Both the position numbers and the translations under genes were made by a program. A stretch of 64,000 nt of DNA, taken from NCBI GenBank assembly GCA_053919585.1, contig CM132787.1. The stretch is one strand, 5' to 3'. A model generated the notes under the pieces. The model searched no databases, had not been told where the DNA came from, and was given only the letters and a program-made list of their open reading frames with translations. Shown here piece by piece: positions 60,713 to 64,000 of the stretch (its first letter is position 1; each line of letters starts with the position of its first letter). The DNA comes from Euprymna scolopes. Lineage: Eukaryota.

Positions 60713-61374
60713 TTAATCACGTCAAATTTAGAAATGCATAACGTAAATTTTCTATAAATAATGTTTAATAGTAAATGTTATTATTATGTTATTTGAATAT
60801 ATTGTACTTTTAGTTATATATAATAGAAAATATATGTTTTGTGTAATAATGCGTGCACTGCTACAATCGCTTAAAGTAAGTTTTAACAACTTCAATTGCA
60901 TGTTTGCTTAATCTCTACAAAAGAAGAAAAACGGGAAATATAAATTGCAGCTTAAAAATAATGATAAACATATATTAAAAAGTTAAAAGCAAAATATATT
61001 TATTAAATCCAGCTGTTGGAATTAAACAAAGATAAGCAGATTTGTTTAAGGGATTATAGATAAATATTTTCTCGAAAAATCTGAATCCATTAACTATAAT
61101 CCATAAGAATAATATTACATCTATTTGTTTTAATGAAAATATGTGAACACAAATCAAGAANNNNNNNNNNNNNNNNNNNNNNNNNNNNNNNNNNNNNNNN
61201 NNNNNNNNNNNNNNNNNNNNNNNNNNNNNNNNNNNNNNNNNNNNNNNNNNNNNNNNNNNNNNNNNNNNNNNNNNNNNNNNNNNNNNNNNNNNNNNNNGCC
61301 TCTCTGGAAAGGGATGGGATTAATTTCTAGAGGATTCCCCTTAATCTCGGCTTCAAACTAGGTCTTCAAAAAGC

Positions 61375-61811
61375 CAGGGTTTTTTCTAAGGGTGATGGTG
61401 GTACCTAATTGCAGAGGTTTGAAGCCGCCTAAAACATCGGGGATTTGTAGTTTTTTACAATTGTCATTCCAGACGATTGATGCTACTCATAGTGTACCAA
61501 CTACGACCATGCTTATTTGTGTTTTAACCCCGTGTATCCGCCTTATCTCACAGGCCAATGGAGCATAATTGCTCCACTTCTCATTCTCATTCTCCTACTC
61601 TTTCACAATCCTGCCCCTGGGTACTGAGAAGTCTACAATCTGCCAGTTTTTTGAGACCTTGAAAATGACGACCAAATCCGGACGATTATATTCCAATTGC
61701 TTGGTCATTATGACACTTGTGTCTCACCATACCTTTACCTTGCCATCCTCACTTGTTATCACTTCATCAGGCACCCTTTCACACCATTTTCCAGCACACT
61801 TAACCCCAACC
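61375..61811 (-). mobile_element. R4/Dong-like RLE domain C-terminal remnant (between gaps)
   Basis: Minus strand reads VPDEVITSEDGKVKVW*DTSV..NRPDLVVI..QIVDFSVP..EKWSNY..VVVGTL..TLRKTL. Confidence 0.8.
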
Positions 61812-62803
61812 NNNNNNNNNNNNNNNNNNNNNNNNNNNNNNNNNNNNNNNNNNNNNNNNNNNNNNNNNNNNNNNNNNNNNNNNNNNNNNNNNNNNNNNNN
61901 NNNNNNNNNNNNNNNNNNNNNNNNNNNNNNNNNNNNNNNNNNNNNNNNNNNNNNNNNNNNNNNNNNNNNNNNNNNNNNNNNNNNNNNNNNNNNNNNNNNN
62001 NNNNNNNNNTGAAAACAACCAGTACGGTTGCCTAGGCTTCTCTGATTTCAAGTTTTCGCTATCTCTTCGATAAATTTGCAAATACATTTGTATCATCGTA
62101 ACAAATTTTTTCCATTAAGTTCTCATCGTTCATTTCTAAAATGCTGGTTAAAATATAACTTGTCAAAACTTCTGCACGTTTCACACTTATTGATTAAATT
62201 CCTGGATATCGATTTCTCTACTGTTTGTAAGAAAAATGATGCTCTACAATTTTTGAACGGCGGAGATTACTTACGGTATTAGTCTTATGTGTTCCGTGTT
62301 CTATTTTTTTACGCCCAATTAAATTGTTTAAATAACTTTGCATTAGTAGTTTATGTGCATTATTATTCGTGTCCCAAATCCCTTATGCTAGTTACCTTTA
62401 ACATTCTTATCTGTTTCTTCTTAGCCGTCCCTTTAATTTTTCCATAATATATTTCAAAATGCATTCGTGGTGTTTTCACGCGTAGTGTTTTTGTTTTTGT
62501 TTTTTTTTTTTATTTTTTCATCTTTATATCCCTTTCAGATTCCTAACCCGTCTCGTGTATTTGTATCTCTTGATATTCATAGCGAGTCCACTAGAACGGC
62601 AAAATTTACAATCCTGTTCATTTTTATGATACCTAATTGTTTGCCTGGCATATCTGTGTGTACGTCCATGTTTTAGCTGATTTATAGTTTTCTGGTTATC
62701 GACTTCACTACTATTTGATGTGGCGAAGATTGATGCCTGCACTACAATTCTTGAACGGTGCGGATTACTTACAATATAAGTTTTATTTGTTCCAGGTTCT
62801 ATT

Positions 62804-62868
<65 letters not shown>

Positions 62869-62886
62869 GCATATATGTGTGTGTGT

Positions 62887-64000
62887 GTTTACACAAGAAT
62901 CACCACTTATCAAGACCCGGAGGCAACTCGAGGATAGGGTTAATGTGCATAACTTAGTCTAGTTGATCACAGCGTATGAAAGACATAAATAGTTGCAATT
63001 TTCTAAATTGGCTTATTTAGGGGGACAGTTCATCAAGAACGTGTATGCGTTGGACTTGAAGACAATCAGATTGTAGTTAGCTGGAAAGCAGGTAATCGAA
63101 AGAGTGTTCCGCAGGCGGGCATTTCTAAGAAATAAGCTTTCTTCAGGGAATCTACATTTAGGTTTAGGCACAGATAAAGCGTGTGGGAAATTATTGAAAG
63201 TGCTTTTGGCTAGATGGTGTTTTTCGCGAACATTTGGCAAGGGAGTACCATAGATTTAAGCTAAGATAAACACTTGCCATGAAACTAACGTAAAGCAGTG
63301 ACAGGCTCGCAACATCTCTTCTGTGGAAAAGAGGTCACAGGGAAGAGAAAAGTACATCCCACACTAATCAGTGAAGTTTATTTTAAATTCTGTCAAGGTA
63401 GGATAAGCTGCTTCTAGCAGCTCTTGCCCAGATGCGACAAGAGTACTCCATCGTTGGCCGTAACTGACTTTTATATAGGTATGGAATTGCATCAGGAGTG
63501 AGATACCTACTGGAGAGGTAGATAGATGCCACCATTTTTCTAGTGAGTATGGCAATGGAGTTTATATACGTGTTCCATTTCAGGTCCGGAGTAAAGATCA
63601 AGTCCAGAAGCTTATCAAAACATGAAGGCTCCCAAAAGGAGAGCCATTCATTTCAACTGATGCCAGATTCACATCAGTGTGTAGATGATGTAGAGATAGA
63701 AGCTTGGTTTTAGATGCATTACAAGTAACCAGCCACCTCTTTCCCCATTGCACTACATGCTCACGATCAGAGGAGAGAGAATCAGAGAGAACTCGGTCGT
63801 TTACTATCTTTGATGTACTACCATAGATTGTAGCGTCGTCAGCATAAATGTCTACGGATGATGTTAGGGTGTGATTTGGAAGATCGTGAATGTAGTGCTT
63901 CTGTTTTCTGCCTATCAATACTATTCTTATAAAACAAGTAGAGAAATTATTTAATAATTGGGAAGACATTTCCAGCAAAACCATAGCTAGAGATATTGTG
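62887..64000 (-). mobile_element. LINE copy G (runs off window end)
   Basis: YADD, WLVTCNASKTK, SQLRPTMEYSCRIW; family tail at 62887-62943 abutting a (TG)/(TA) microsatellite. Confidence 0.9.

Larger units (their letters stand above)
513..62870. repeat. Dispersed (TA)n microsatellites (>25 tracts, e.g. 513-563, 7321-7397, 10241-10283, 19779-19832, 27002-27066, 31743-31798, 34001-34072, 49890-49969), plus (AAT)n, (GA/CT)n, (TG)n, (GATA)n
   Basis: Directly visible; they cause the many YIYIYI artefact ORFs. Confidence 0.98.

Noticed and set aside
513-62957. Many ORFs containing YIYIYI/IYIY or X runs
   Set aside because: Translations of (TA)n microsatellites or N-gaps; not proteins.

Overview
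AT-rich, microsatellite-dense eukaryotic (metazoan, probably invertebrate) DNA with eight N-gaps, dominated by transposable elements. No host gene could be identified with confidence; only a few weak candidate exons were seen. Main contents: (i) seven copies of one APE-RT LINE family (CR1/L2/Jockey-group-like), one nested inside another, plus remnants of a related family; (ii) an RTE-type LINE 3' end with two C2H2 fingers; (iii) R4/Dong-like RLE-LINE remnants; (iv) Tc1 and mariner remnants; (v) non-autonomous Helitrons, including a head-to-tail array; (vi) an internally deleted Penelope-like element with a decayed minimal hammerhead ribozyme, plus two more hammerhead-like motifs; (vii) a near-intact 4430-bp Ty3/Gypsy element (34520-38949; TG..CA LTRs, 5-bp TSD CTTAT, gag/-1 frameshift/pol) and a decayed relative. 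The most striking observation is that the Gypsy element lacks a canonical TGG primer-binding site. The 12 nt flush against its 5' LTR (AGCTATTTCGGC) are instead the exact reverse complement of the first 12 nt of metazoan tRNA-Phe(GAA) (tRNA sequence recalled, not searched). This suggests priming by a very short 5' tRNA fragment.
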